Source: an uncultured Clostridium sp.
Lineage (GTDB): Bacteria > Bacillota > Clostridia > TANB77 > CAG-508
Direction: 5' to 3'
Assembly: GCA_958438515.1 (NCBI GenBank)
Contig: CAUBRZ010000002.1
Span: 48,983-112,982, forward strand
DNA: 64,000 nucleotides
Positions 19,313-30,174 of the stretch are shown here, one piece after another; position 1 is the first letter of the stretch, and each line of letters opens with the position of its first letter. The position numbers and the translations under genes are program-made. Under the pieces are notes generated by a model. The model made no database searches and was not told where the DNA came from. It was given only the letters and a program-made list of their open reading frames with translations.

Positions 19313-20478
19313 ACAACATGCTTTCTAGTCATTTCTATTAAATCAAGTTTTGTAAATCCTTCTACTTGTGTTTTTGTTCTATCTTTTTTTAATTCTTCTT
19401 TTAATAAGTTTTCTATTTTATCCTTATCTTCTTTGTCTTTCATGTCGATATAATCAATTATAATAATTCCACCAATATCCCTTAATCTTAATTGTTTTGC
19501 TATTTCTATTGTAGCTTCCTTGTTTACTTTAAGTATTGTTTGTTCTAAACTCTTACTTCCAGTATATTTTCCAGTATTAACATCAATTGCTGTTAGTGCT
19601 TCTGTTTTGTCTATTGTTATAAATCCACCACATTTTAACCATACTTTTCTATTTTGTATTTTTTCTATTTGTTTATCAATTTCATATTGTTCCCAAATAT
19701 TTTCTTTATCTTGAAATTCTATTTTTATATTTTTATATTCTTTATTTTGCTTTATTGTTTGTTTAATGTTTTTAAATTCTTCCTCATTGTTTACAATTAT
19801 CTTCTCCATATTTTTATCTGTTAAATCTATTAACATTTTTTCCACTATGCTTTCGCTTTTATACAAAATTTTAGGTTCATTTAACTTAGGATTTATGCTT
19901 ATTTGAGTTATTTGATTCCACTTATTTTCAACATTTTTTATATCTTCAATTATCTCTTCTTCTTTACCTTTAGCTGATGTTCTTATGATTGCTCCATTTC
20001 CTGGTTGTAAATTTTTTCTAACTAATTTTATTAATCTTTCTTGTTCTTTTTCATCTTCTATTTTTTGAGATATTGTTATAATATCAGTATTTGGCATTAA
20101 CACAATATACTTACTTGGTAAATTAATATGTGTTGACACTCTTGCTCCCTTTTTATCATTACTATCTTTTTTTACTTGTACTAAAATTTTTTGATTTTGT
20201 TTTACTACTTCTGTTATATCAATTTCTTTATGTTGTTGTTTTGTCTCATCAATCTTAGGTAAAATATCTTTTAAATGTATAAAACTATTTTTACCTGTAC
20301 CAATATCTATAAATGCTGATTGCATTCCTTTTATTATATCTCTTACAATTCCTATGTATATATCTCCTTCTCTTCTATCTGTCTCACTATTTTCTTCATA
20401 ATATTCTATTAGTTTTCCATTTTCTACAAGAGCTATTTGTTTTTTTTCTTGATTTTTTTGTATAAATAATTCTGTCAT
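19300..20478 (-). CDS. rng: Ribonuclease G/E family (Rne/Rng) protein, short form
   Basis: 392 aa. It has an S1 domain (GDIYIGIVRDIIKGMQSAFIDIG) and the RNase E/G catalytic core (ALTAIDVNTGKY, GGIIIIDYIDM, EMTRKH). The last codons (VVGTG*) lie inside a repeat-element terminus. Confidence 0.8.
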   Translation of the reverse strand: MTELFIQKNQEKKQIALVENGKLIEYYEENSETDRREGDIYIGIVRDIIKGMQSAFIDIGTGKNSFIHLKDILPKIDETKQQHKEIDITEVVKQNQKILVQVKKDSNDKKGARVSTHINLPSKYIVLMPNTDIITISQKIEDEKEQERLIKLVRKNLQPGNGAIIRTSAKGKEEEIIEDIKNVENKWNQITQISINPKLNEPKILYKSESIVEKMLIDLTDKNMEKIIVNNEEEFKNIKQTIKQNKEYKNIKIEFQDKENIWEQYEIDKQIEKIQNRKVWLKCGGFITIDKTEALTAIDVNTGKYTGSKSLEQTILKVNKEATIEIAKQLRLRDIGGIIIIDYIDMKDKEDKDKIENLLKEELKKDRTKTQVEGFTKLDLIEMTRKHVVGTG

Positions 20479-20500
20479 ATTTACCTTCCTTTTTATGTTT

Positions 20501-21058
20501 TTAATTAATTTTATTCATAGCATTGTCTGTGCCACTTTTTATTATTTCTATTATTGCCTCTTTTGCTTTAGTTGTAGCAATGTCTAATATTTCTTTTTCT
20601 TCTTCTGGAATTGCACCAATTACATAATTAATTAAATCATTTTTATTATCCGGCATTCCAATTCCTACTCTTATCCTTGCAAATTCTTTAGTCTTTATAT
20701 TTTGTATAACAGATTTCATTCCATTGTGTGTTCCTGGTCCTCCTGTTTTTCTAATTTTTACTGTTCCTTTTTTTAAATCTATATCATCATAAATTATTAT
20801 TATTTTTTTATTATCTATTTTGTAAAAGTCTATTGCTTCTTTTATGCTTTCTCCACTTAAGTTCATATAAGTTTGTGGTTTTAATAGAATAACTTTTTCA
20901 TTTTCTATTATGCCTGTACCATATAAGCCTTTAAACTTTTTTTTATTTATTTCTATTTCATATTGCTTAGCTAATTTATTTATAGTATTAAACCCCATAT
21001 TATGCCTAGTATTACTGTAATCTTCTTCTGGATTTCCCAAACCTACAATTAAATACAT
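20501..21058 (-). CDS. pth: Peptidyl-tRNA hydrolase
   Basis: 185 aa with MYLIVGLGNPEEDYSNTRHNMGF, KPQTYMNLSG and GGPGTHNGMKS, all canonical Pth motifs. Confidence 0.92.
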   Translation of the reverse strand: MYLIVGLGNPEEDYSNTRHNMGFNTINKLAKQYEIEINKKKFKGLYGTGIIENEKVILLKPQTYMNLSGESIKEAIDFYKIDNKKIIIIYDDIDLKKGTVKIRKTGGPGTHNGMKSVIQNIKTKEFARIRVGIGMPDNKNDLINYVIGAIPEEEKEILDIATTKAKEAIIEIIKSGTDNAMNKIN

Positions 21059-21147
21059 TTTTATTTGTTCTCCTTACTTTTGGTTTTAAACTGTTATTTA
21101 TTTTAACTTTTTTTTTCTTTTTTTTCAAGCTTTTTTGCTAAATATAC

Positions 21148-21173
21148 AAAAAAAGCACTTATATTTAAGTGCC
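21148..21173 (-). terminator. Rho-independent terminator after spoVG
   Basis: The minus strand has the hairpin GGCACTT-AAATAT-AAGTGC followed by TTTTTTT, about 15 nt after the spoVG stop. Confidence 0.6.
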
Positions 21174-21187
21174 TTTTTATTTATTAA

Positions 21188-21460
21188 TTATTCTGCTGAT
21201 TCTTCTGTTTCTGGAGCTTCATAAGCTTCTAATATAGCTTTTTGAATCTTTTCTCTAGTTTCAGCATTGATTGGATGAGCTATATCTTTGAATTCTCCGT
21301 TTGGAGTTTTTCTGCTAGGCATAGCTATAAATAATCCATTTTGACTTTCGATAACTTTAATATCGTGAACTGCGAATTCGTTATCGAATGTTACAGAAGC
21401 AACAGCTTTCATTCTGTTCTCTGAATTTACTTTTCTTAAACGTACATCTGTGATTTGCAT
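21188..21460 (-). CDS. spoVG: Septation/sporulation regulator SpoVG
   Basis: [65 protein letters not shown] is the canonical SpoVG sequence. I place the start at the internal Met; the track ORF begins 15 codons upstream. Confidence 0.9.
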   Translation of the reverse strand: MQITDVRLRKVNSENRMKAVASVTFDNEFAVHDIKVIESQNGLFIAMPSRKTPNGEFKDIAHPINAETREKIQKAILEAYEAPETEESAE

Positions 21461-21721
21461 TTTAGTGCACCTACCTTCCTTAAGTTTTAAAAATATTTTG
21501 TACATACTCGTTTAATCTTATGTACAATAATATTATTCTTCATTAAAAATGTTTTTCCTTCTTTTTTTTACAAAAATTTAAATTTTCTTTTTATTTTTTT
21601 TACTTATAGTAACTTTCTTTATTTTTTTACATATAATACACTAGATTTTTTTGACAAACTATTGAATTTTTAAGGATATAATTATATAATCTAAATTGTT
21701 ATTTAAGGAGTGTGTATTTAG

Positions 21722-23104
21722 ATGCCAAATATAGATAATATAAAAAAATATAAAAATATCCACATGATTGGAATTGGTGGAGTAAGTATGAGTGGTATTG
21801 CTGCAATCTTACAAAATTGGGGATTTACAGTTACTGGTTCTGATACTTCTAATTCTGAAGCTGTTCAGAGTTTATTAAAAAAAGGAATTAAAGTAGTTAT
21901 TGGCCATAGCTTAGAAGATGTAGCTTCTTCAGATATTGTAGTTTATTCTGCAGCAGTTAAACAAGATGATTTAGAAATGTTAGAAGCAAAAAGATTAAAT
22001 ATTCCAACAATTGAAAGAGCCGACTTTTTAGGTGAAATAACTCGTTCTTACAAAGATACTATTTGTGTTTCTGGAACACATGGCAAAACAACAACAACTT
22101 CTATGGTTTCACTTTGTTTTTTAGAGGCTTTAAAAGACCCTAGCATTCAAGTTGGTGCTTTTTTAAAGCAAATTGATGGAAATTATAAAGTTGGTAATAG
22201 TGAACATTTTATTATAGAAGCTTGTGAATATGTAGAAAGTTTCTTAAAGTTTAGCCCTAAAGCTGAAATTATTTTAAATATAGATAATGACCATTTAGAT
22301 TATTTTAAAAATTTCGAAAATATAAAAAACGCTTTTATTAAATATGTCAAATTATTACCTCAAAATGGTTTACTGGTAATAAATGGCGATGACTCTAATT
22401 GTTTAGATTTACAAAAATATACAAGTGCAAAATCAATCACATATGGAATAAAGAACGAAAATTCTGATTTTTTTGCTAAAAATATTGAATTCGATAATGA
22501 TGGTTTTTCTAGTTTTGATGTATATTATAAAAATAACTTTTTTGAGAATATAAAATTATCTATTCCTGGCATTCATAATGTTTTAAATGCTTTAGCTTGT
22601 ATTTGTTTATGTAATGAGTATGGTATTAATAAAAAAGATATAAAAACAGCTTTATCAAAGTTCACTGGTGCTCATAGAAGATTTGAATATAAAGGAAAAA
22701 TAGATAACAAAGCTAGCGTATATGATGATTATGGACATCATCCAACTGAAATATTAGCAACTGCTAATTCTCTCTCAAATAAAAAATATAATGAATCTTG
22801 GGTTATTTTTCAGCCACATACTTACAGTAGGACAAAAAATTTATTAGATGATTTTGCAAATGCTTTAATAAATTTTGATCATATAGTTATTTTAGATATT
22901 TACGCTGCAAGAGAAAAAAATATATATGAGATTAGTTCCAAAGATTTAGTACATAAAATTAGTACTCTTGGAAAAGATGTTAAATATATACCAGATTTTG
23001 ATGAATGTGCTTCTTATGTAAAAAATAATGTTAAAGAAAATGATATTGTTATTACTTTAGGTGCTGGTACCGTTACAAATATAGGTCCTATGCTTATAAA
23101 ATAA
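21722..23104 (+). CDS. murC: UDP-N-acetylmuramate--L-alanine ligase
   Basis: 460 aa with HMIGIGGVSMSGIA, the P-loop GTHGKTTTTSM and the Mur ligase middle and C-terminal domains (DDYGHHPTEI). Confidence 0.92.
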   Translation: MPNIDNIKKYKNIHMIGIGGVSMSGIAAILQNWGFTVTGSDTSNSEAVQSLLKKGIKVVIGHSLEDVASSDIVVYSAAVKQDDLEMLEAKRLNIPTIERADFLGEITRSYKDTICVSGTHGKTTTTSMVSLCFLEALKDPSIQVGAFLKQIDGNYKVGNSEHFIIEACEYVESFLKFSPKAEIILNIDNDHLDYFKNFENIKNAFIKYVKLLPQNGLLVINGDDSNCLDLQKYTSAKSITYGIKNENSDFFAKNIEFDNDGFSSFDVYYKNNFFENIKLSIPGIHNVLNALACICLCNEYGINKKDIKTALSKFTGAHRRFEYKGKIDNKASVYDDYGHHPTEILATANSLSNKKYNESWVIFQPHTYSRTKNLLDDFANALINFDHIVILDIYAAREKNIYEISSKDLVHKISTLGKDVKYIPDFDECASYVKNNVKENDIVITLGAGTVTNIGPMLIK

Positions 23105-23132
23105 TTTTTTTAATACACATATAATACACACA

Positions 23133-23609
23133 TTATATGTGTATTTCTTTATTTAATTCTTTTTCGTTATTTGAAATAATTAATGATTGCATTTCCTTTC
23201 TTATTTTTTTATTAGATTGATGTGATTTTCTACTTATGCTTTCTGCTAATGAGCTAATTTCTTCTGCAATTTCTTTTACGTTTTTATTAGATATCTCTTT
23301 CATCTCTTTTCTGACACCCTCAATTTTTTCTTCGTTTCTACTAAATAAATCATGCATTTCTTTTCTAACACCATCAATTTTTTCTTCGTTTTTACTAAAT
23401 AAATCATGCATTTCTTTTCTAACACCACCAATTTTTTCTTCGTTTTTACTAAATAAATCATGCATTTCTTTTCTAACACCATCAATTTTTTCTGAAATAA
23501 TTTTATTTGTTTTTTCTTCGTTTTTATCTACTTTTTGTTCTAAAATAGTTATTCTATTTAAAACATTTTCTACAATAGATAATATTTTATTTAATGTCTC
23601 TTCTTGCAT
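23133..23609 (-). CDS. Hypothetical coiled-coil protein with 17-aa tandem repeats
   Basis: 158-aa ORF containing about 3.8 copies of (D/G/E)GVRKEMHDLFSKNEEKI. I recognise no family. Confidence 0.45.
   Translation of the reverse strand: MQEETLNKILSIVENVLNRITILEQKVDKNEEKTNKIISEKIDGVRKEMHDLFSKNEEKIGGVRKEMHDLFSKNEEKIDGVRKEMHDLFSRNEEKIEGVRKEMKEISNKNVKEIAEEISSLAESISRKSHQSNKKIRKEMQSLIISNNEKELNKEIHI
23298..23495 (-). repeat. 51-bp tandem direct repeat (about 3.8 copies) inside the coding sequence
   Basis: The near-identical unit ...aaataaatcatgcatttcttttctaacaccatcaattttttcttcgttttta... recurs on the plus strand. The copies differ at 1-3 positions. Confidence 0.85.
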
Positions 23610-23819
23610 CTATATCACCTCCTTTGGAATTTAGTATAATAAAAATTAGAATATAAAAACCTTATATAAGAACTGTTAAATTGAACTTTGAATAAAACTT
23701 GAACAGATTATACTATCAAATAAAAAAATATGCAATACCTTTTGCATATTTTTTTGTTTTTATATATTTTCATATTCTTAACAATTATTATACATTGACT
23801 TTATCTGTGTCAAAAATAT

Positions 23820-25052
23820 CTATTGTATTTCTTTTGCTTGTTTTAACATGATATCTCCAAATACTGCATAACCTTCTTGGGGATCATTAACTAATACATG
23901 TGTTATTGCTCCAACAAACTTACCATTTTGTAGTACAGGTGATCCTGACATACCTTGAATTATTCCTCCTGTCTTTTCTAACAACTTTTCATCTGTTACT
24001 TTTATTTTCATACTTTTATTGTCATAATTATTATCTTTATATATTTTTTCTATTTCTATTTCATATTCTTGTGGTTTTTGATTATCTAAACTACATAGTA
24101 TTTTTGCTTTTCCAATCTGTATTTCTTCTCTTAAGGCTACCTCTGCTTCCTTTGATGTATCTATATTCAAACTAGCTAAATTATCTACCTTTCCATAAAT
24201 TCCAAATCTGGTATTTTTTCCTATTGTTCCTATATTATTTTGGTTTTCAATAGTTCCTTGTATTTTTCCTGGATTACCACTTTCTCCTTTTGTTATATTT
24301 AATATTCTCGTTGTTATAAATTCTCCTGATGCAATATTTATTAATTCATTTGTATCAATATCTGTTATTCCATGTCCTAAAGCACCAAAGGTCTTACTAG
24401 TTGGATCATAAAAAGTTACTGTACCTACTCCTGCTGCACTATCTCTTACCCATAACCCTATTTTATATTGGCTATTATTTGTCTTTACCGGTGTTATACT
24501 ACATTCCTTAGTTTCCTGTTGATGTACATATTTTATACTTATATCATGTCCTTGAGATAAATTTACAGTTTGAATTAAATCAGATGTTGAATTTATGTTT
24601 TTATCATTTACTTTTATTATTGTATCTCCTTCTTTTATTCCTGTGTTTTCATATGGTTTATATTTTTTGTTATCATTTCCTTCTATTTCTGACATCCCAA
24701 CTACTAATACTCCACTTGTATAAAGTTTAACACCTGCAATATTTCCAACTGGAATTACTTTTGTTTTTGGTAATACACTTACTTCTACATTTTTTAGTAA
24801 AATATTATCAAATAAGCTAACTTCTAATGTTGATTTTCCAACATCCTGACTTAGTTTCTCTCCATTGCTAGATGATGTTTCTATTGTCTGCTGATTCTCA
24901 TTTTTTATATTTAGCCCTAATAATGTTTTCACAGAAATCTTCTCTCCTTCAAATACTACTAATTCATTTGGTATAGTTTCTATTACTAAGGTATAGGAAT
25001 AAACAATAGATAAAAAAAATACTAATAATAGCATTTTTAAATAATTTTTCAT
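23820..25052 (-). CDS. spoIVB: SpoIVB signalling serine peptidase (S55) with PDZ domain
   Basis: 410 aa. It has an N-terminal anchor, a PDZ domain (GIKEGDTIIKVNDKNI) and S55 catalytic blocks (GVGTVTFYDP...FGALGHGITD, GMSGSPV). Confidence 0.85.
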   Translation of the reverse strand: MKNYLKMLLLVFFLSIVYSYTLVIETIPNELVVFEGEKISVKTLLGLNIKNENQQTIETSSSNGEKLSQDVGKSTLEVSLFDNILLKNVEVSVLPKTKVIPVGNIAGVKLYTSGVLVVGMSEIEGNDNKKYKPYENTGIKEGDTIIKVNDKNINSTSDLIQTVNLSQGHDISIKYVHQQETKECSITPVKTNNSQYKIGLWVRDSAAGVGTVTFYDPTSKTFGALGHGITDIDTNELINIASGEFITTRILNITKGESGNPGKIQGTIENQNNIGTIGKNTRFGIYGKVDNLASLNIDTSKEAEVALREEIQIGKAKILCSLDNQKPQEYEIEIEKIYKDNNYDNKSMKIKVTDEKLLEKTGGIIQGMSGSPVLQNGKFVGAITHVLVNDPQEGYAVFGDIMLKQAKEIQ

Positions 25053-25133
25053 AAAATTTCTCCTTATTTTTTTGCTATTATTAGTATTTACTTTTTTTAT
25101 TTTAGTATACTAAAAAATAATCATATTTATTTT

Positions 25134-26700
25134 TTATTTAACTACAAATTGTTCTAACAAGCTTTCCGAATTGTTATTAATTTTATACATACTATATCTT
25201 TCTCTTCCCAATGCTGTAAAATAAGCTTTTGCTAAATTTCCATTATCTTTATTATTCATCATATACTTATAAATATTGTCTGTAACTTCCACATTTGTCT
25301 GATTAACAATACTTGAATAACATCCCAATTCAGTTCTTGGAAAAAAATAATTTGTTCCTTCAGTACTTGTTAGTGATCTTCGCTCAAAATCAACATTAAA
25401 AACTCCTAATAAATTATTTTTTCCAAGTAAGTCCCTATCTGTTGCTCTGTGATAATTTCCATCTGATACTATGTAAATAGAATCTTCTGCTACAACCTCT
25501 TCATTTTTAGTATTTGTTATAATTGAATATCCATTATATATTTTTCCACCAATATTTAGTCCTTGTAAAAAACTAATAATTGAAATATGATTTATAATTT
25601 TATCCCATTCATCTTCTTTTAGTTTAGGCATTTGAAAGTTAGCTGATACTCCTGAATAATTATTATAGTTTGCTATTGCTGTAGACAAATTTTTTTCAAT
25701 TGAATATCTTATAACTGCTAATCTATGTTGATTAAAGTTAGAATTTGGTTCTTCGATTTGATTATCAAAATCAAATATATTATAATCTCCAAATATTTCA
25801 GTATTTATTTTTTTCCCTTCTTCATCAACAGCATTTGAAGTTTTTAATTCATTTAATCTATACCTTTTCATTCTATCTCTAAAGTCTGCTGCATCTGAAT
25901 AATATTTAACTGCTGCCTTACTTTTTTCATTAAAATTTTGTTGTTTATATTTTTGTCCATTCAAGTATGAAAACCATTCAGAACTATTATTTTCTTTATA
26001 ATATTTTACCCCATTTATTTTTATATATGTATAGTCTGTATTTCCTATCTTTTCCCTTAAATTTTCTTGTTCTATTGTAATTCCTCTGTATAATGCACAG
26101 TCATCTCTATCTCTAACTTTAGAACAATTGCTAATTAAATATCCATAGTCAAATACTGGTTCGTCGTTTATTATTCCTTGAATTGTAATGTAGTTATCTA
26201 GTGAATATGTTATAACAAAGTCATCATTTCCCCTTTTATATCTGCAACTATAATAGATATATGGTTTTAATCCTGAAATTTTTTCTCCATTTTTATAAGT
26301 AGATGATTCATTATTATTATCACTCTCACTCAAAGTGTTTGTGTATGGTGAATAAATATAATATCCATCATACATTGTATATACTAAAGCTGGCACATAT
26401 TCTTTTAATACATCTTGATTATATCCTGCCATATTAAAGTTATTTGCAATAGAATAAAAAAAGCTATTGACAGATGCTTCTATATCACGAATTTTTGAAT
26501 TCGACAAATCTGATGTGCTACTATCTAATGTGTTTAATTGGAATGCCTTTAAAGCATCATATGTAGCATTATTTAGTTTAGAATCATATGATGTTTGCAA
26601 ACTCAATGTTTTTACTTGAGTCCCGGACATATGAACTTAAAATTACTGAAATTGGTAATATAATAATAATAAATATTACTGCTAAACTTTGAATTTTCAT
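25134..26700 (-). CDS. Large pilus-locus protein with N-terminal membrane anchor, interrupted by an in-frame CGG (+1)
   Basis: The ATG at 26700 is preceded by AAAGGAAAG. It gives MKIQSLAVIFIIIILPISVILSSYV, then CGG. The +1 frame gives G-TQVKTLSLQTSYDS..., joining the 498-aa track ORF. The family is unknown. It is the last gene of the Tad-like cluster. Confidence 0.55.
26623..26625 (-). other. Putative CGG recoding site (+1) in the pilus-locus protein
   Basis: The sense strand reads TAT GTC CGG GAC TCA AGT, and the 0 frame stops 11 codons later. Skipping the C gives GTC GGG ACT CAA GTA AAA = V-G-T-Q-V-K. This attaches a TM/signal anchor to the otherwise leaderless large ORF. Confidence 0.65.
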
Positions 26701-26777
26701 AATCTCTTTCTTTCCTTTTATGGTATTAAAAAGCTTGTAATAATTATATATTACAAGCTAGTAAACCTCATTTTTGT

Positions 26778-27308
26778 TTATTTTCCTGTTCCATTTGCTG
26801 TTACCATACCAGCATGTTCAGCTGCTATTGAATATGTATCATTTCCTCCTGACACTTTATATAAAAAGCCCTTTAATTGTTGTGACATTGTTGTATTTGT
26901 ATTTTTTACACTTGTAGAAAAAAGGTCTCCTTCTTTTAAAGATACTACACCATTTTTGTCAAGTGTGTCCATAATTTGTGAGGTAAATTGGCTATAATAT
27001 ACATTTTCACCAATCACATCTTTTTTTGCCTGTGTTGTTTTCTTTCCTGGATTTTCATCTAAAGTTTTTATCTCCATTTCTACATCATATGAATTTCCAG
27101 TAGCTGAAATATTTTGTACAAACTTATCATATTTATCTAGTGTTAACTTTCCAGTTTGTCTAACATTATCTACAAACTCTGTTGTAGTTGTTTCGACTGC
27201 TAATTGAGCTGTATCGTCAGCTCTATCTGTCATTGTCATTAGTGGAAACACAAACATTAGTACTGCTGCTAATGCTATTGCAATAATTGTTATTAATGTA
27301 TCACCCAT
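26778..27308 (-). CDS. Pilin-like / TadE-like small protein with N-terminal hydrophobic helix
   Basis: 176 aa starting MGDTLITIIAIALAAVLMFVFPLM, followed by a soluble domain. It lies inside the Tad-like locus. Confidence 0.45.
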   Translation of the reverse strand: MGDTLITIIAIALAAVLMFVFPLMTMTDRADDTAQLAVETTTTEFVDNVRQTGKLTLDKYDKFVQNISATGNSYDVEMEIKTLDENPGKKTTQAKKDVIGENVYYSQFTSQIMDTLDKNGVVSLKEGDLFSTSVKNTNTTMSQQLKGFLYKVSGGNDTYSIAAEHAGMVTANGTGK

Positions 27309-27343
27309 TTTATTCCTCCTTATAACTACAATAATACATACTT

Positions 27344-27943
27344 TTATTTATCTGTATATGTTATTACTCTTTTTTTAGTCTTATTGGCATCTGGTGTATT
27401 GCTTCCTCCTGTTTGCATATCTTCTTGATAGTATACTCCAAGTTTTTCTGTAACCTTCTTACCTTCTATTCTAGCATATATTCCAACGTCTTTCAAGTTT
27501 ATTCCTAGATCACTAAACTCTTTTTTATATTCATCAGAAATACTATCTTTCCCATATATTATTGCTTTAATAAACTCTTCTTTTTGCTTATCACTTCCTA
27601 GAACTTCTTTTTCTAAGTCTATATAATTTATTTCGTCATAATTACCATTTTCATTTTTCTTAGAATACAGACCGTTCTTATCATTGATATCTTTCATGTC
27701 AAAAATAATTTTATAGTTTTCTTTATATGCTTTATATATAGATGGAATAATAGTTTCTAATCCTACTTGTCTTTGTGTCGTTCCACTAGTTATATACGTA
27801 TAATCATATTCTCTATCTCTATAGTCTAAAATTACCTGTGATGCTCTTCTTGCTTCTCCAAAGGCATTAATACTAATGGATAATGCTAACACAAATATTA
27901 ATACGGCTGCTGCCATTTTTAATGCATCTGTTGCATTCTCCAT
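27344..27943 (-). CDS. Pilin-like protein (MENA-type N-terminus)
   Basis: 199 aa starting MENATDALKMAAAVLIFVLALSISINAF. It is a paralogue of the MENASKAL family in the same locus. Confidence 0.5.
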   Translation of the reverse strand: MENATDALKMAAAVLIFVLALSISINAFGEARRASQVILDYRDREYDYTYITSGTTQRQVGLETIIPSIYKAYKENYKIIFDMKDINDKNGLYSKKNENGNYDEINYIDLEKEVLGSDKQKEEFIKAIIYGKDSISDEYKKEFSDLGINLKDVGIYARIEGKKVTEKLGVYYQEDMQTGGSNTPDANKTKKRVITYTDK

Positions 27944-27973
27944 AGTATTTCACTCCTTTTTTACTTCGTACTT

Positions 27974-28378
27974 TTATTTACCATTATTTTTAATATTAAT
28001 TTCTGAAATCAATCCACCTTTTGTATGTTTTTGTACTTCTACAGTATAAGTACTTCCTGTTTGCATATTTTTTTGATATGTTCCATCTTCTTTATTTTCT
28101 GTAATATCACCAGTTAGTTTAACATGCTTTGTCTCATCATCTGTTGACATGTTATTCGTATTAACGGCATTAATTAGAGAATTAACATTTGCTCCTCTTA
28201 CATTTACCCCTAAATATTGTTCAAATTTTTGGTTAAATGTTGTTACTTCTACTTCTGTCATTGAATTATTGTTTACTACTCCAGCTGCTTGATTATATAT
28301 CATAATACCTAATGATATAATTAATATTGCAAGTAATATTGCTCCTGCAATAATTAGTGCTTTTGACGCATTCTCCAT
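27974..28378 (-). CDS. Pilin-like protein (MENASKAL family), candidate major subunit
   Basis: 134 aa starting MENASKALIIAGAILLAILIISLGIMIYN, followed by the shared E-V-x-x-FN-x-x-F/Y block. Confidence 0.5.
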   Translation of the reverse strand: MENASKALIIAGAILLAILIISLGIMIYNQAAGVVNNNSMTEVEVTTFNQKFEQYLGVNVRGANVNSLINAVNTNNMSTDDETKHVKLTGDITENKEDGTYQKNMQTGSTYTVEVQKHTKGGLISEINIKNNGK

Positions 28379-28432
28379 TTTTTTCCTCCTTAGTTTTTCT
28401 TTTCTTATTTTATTTATAAATTTAATAACTAA

Positions 28433-28864
28433 TTATTGTGTTATTTGTTCAAATAACATGTATTTTATTCTATTAGTAGATTTATGATATTCTATTTTTG
28501 TACATTTAAACCTTATTTGGTTATAATATTGTAAAAATTTATTCATACCTCCACCATATAAAGTTTCCATATTGTATACTTTATCATTATCTAACATTTT
28601 TATATCTATATTAATTGAATTTTTTTGATTATCTAAATATTTTCCTTTATTATTTTTTTCTACACCATTAGATATATTATTATCTACTGCTTTATTAATA
28701 ATTGTTGTTAAATCTCCTCCATATATTTCTTGGTTATAATAACTTTCAAATTCCACATTTTTTAATTTTGTTTCATTATAATTTGCCTTGTAGTTTAAAT
28801 ACATATATGAGATTCCTACAACTATAATTATTATAATTAGGAAAAATATTGCTATTTTTTTCAT
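28433..28864 (-). CDS. Small membrane-anchored protein of the pilus locus
   Basis: 143 aa with the N-terminal TM MKKIAIFFLIIIIIVVGISYMY, then VEFESYYNQEIYGGDL, which resembles the post-helix block of the neighbouring pilin-like proteins. Confidence 0.4.
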   Translation of the reverse strand: MKKIAIFFLIIIIIVVGISYMYLNYKANYNETKLKNVEFESYYNQEIYGGDLTTIINKAVDNNISNGVEKNNKGKYLDNQKNSINIDIKMLDNDKVYNMETLYGGGMNKFLQYYNQIRFKCTKIEYHKSTNRIKYMLFEQITQ

Positions 28865-28930
28865 TTTTCATCCTTCAAATTATAACATTATTATATATTT
28901 TTTTCAATAGTAAATTTTACTATTTTTTAT

Positions 28931-29374
28931 TTATTTTTTATCAGAAAATCTAATTTCTTTAACTCTTCCTGTTACTGGGCTAATCGTTACTTTACAATTA
29001 TATGTTGGTAAATTTCCGTTTTCACCTGAATTACCTTCTATTAGTTTTTTTTCGTTATTATTATTAATACCCCTATTTTCAAGATTAACAGTAATATAAA
29101 AATTACTATCTGTAGAAGATTCTAGTTCATAATGCCTATTATTTTCATCTGCTAAATTTTTAACAGTAATAACATCATATATAGTAATATCTTCTCTACC
29201 TTCATAAGAAGTAAATTGTGTATTAAATTCATTTAATTGATTTTCCTCATTTTGCTTATGCACTTGTGCTGATGAAGTTCCAAAGGATACAAATAAATAC
29301 ACAGCCAATGATAATATAAGCACTCCTATTAATACCCCAGCAGCCATAATCAATGCTTTTGACGCATTTTCCAT
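28931..29374 (-). CDS. Pilin-like protein (MENASKAL family)
   Basis: 147 aa starting MENASKALIMAAGVLIGVLILSLAVYLF, with the NEFNTQFTSYEG block. Confidence 0.5.
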   Translation of the reverse strand: MENASKALIMAAGVLIGVLILSLAVYLFVSFGTSSAQVHKQNEENQLNEFNTQFTSYEGREDITIYDVITVKNLADENNRHYELESSTDSNFYITVNLENRGINNNNEKKLIEGNSGENGNLPTYNCKVTISPVTGRVKEIRFSDKK

Positions 29375-29397
29375 AATTTAAACTCCTAAAATATTTA

Positions 29398-30150
29398 TTA
29401 TTCTATTGTTCCATTAAATTTAAAATACATTTTAGTAATTCTTCCTGTGTTTTTGCTATATTTTACACTTTCACAATTAAAGTAAGCTCTTTTGAATTGC
29501 ATATATTCATAATAAGTATAAACATCATCTTTACTGTCATTTATTGTTTTTAATGAATCGTTTATTTTTGAATCATCTATCGATAAATTACTTTCTGTAA
29601 TTGAATTATATGCTAATACTGCATTCATTTTTGTTTTATATGACGCATTTTTATCAACATAAATTTTACTTATTGCTGTTGCTAATTTCTGTATTCCTTT
29701 TTCTTTTTCAATATTACTTATTTTTCCTGAAATTTTTTCCTCGAAATCATTTTTTCTTCCAGATTGCGTATATACATTTTCTTTTATTAATCTGTTTTCA
29801 TTATTCACACTTAGTTGTTCTTTTTTTCCTGAAAATTCAAATGTTATAGTCATTGGTTCATATGCCAAATACTGTCCTTCATCATTTTTTCCAGTTCCTT
29901 CAGTTGATTTTCTTCTATTATAATCTGCTACTCTATTTAATAAAGAACATAAATCGCTACCTCTTACATTATTTCTATTATAAGTTTCATATTGATTATT
30001 AAATTCAACTACTTGAGCTTCTCTTGTGTTTTGTGATTCAGTATTTTGATAATTATTCAAATTATTAAACATTAACAGTAGTGCACCTAATATCATTAAT
30101 GCAATTAATACACTTCCTGCCATAATTAAGGCTTTTGATGCATTCTCCAT
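29398..30150 (-). CDS. Pilin-like protein (MENASKAL family), larger variant
   Basis: 250 aa starting MENASKALIMAGSVLIALMILGALLLMF, with the VEFNNQYETYNRNNVRG block. Confidence 0.5.
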   Translation of the reverse strand: MENASKALIMAGSVLIALMILGALLLMFNNLNNYQNTESQNTREAQVVEFNNQYETYNRNNVRGSDLCSLLNRVADYNRRKSTEGTGKNDEGQYLAYEPMTITFEFSGKKEQLSVNNENRLIKENVYTQSGRKNDFEEKISGKISNIEKEKGIQKLATAISKIYVDKNASYKTKMNAVLAYNSITESNLSIDDSKINDSLKTINDSKDDVYTYYEYMQFKRAYFNCESVKYSKNTGRITKMYFKFNGTIE

Positions 30151-30174
30151 TATGATTCCTCCTTGAAAACAAAA

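Noticed and set aside
23298-23495. Regularly spaced direct repeats, considered as a possible CRISPR array.
   Set aside because: The repeats are contiguous 51-bp units with no unique spacers. They are in frame within an ORF, and no cas genes are nearby. This is a coding tandem repeat.
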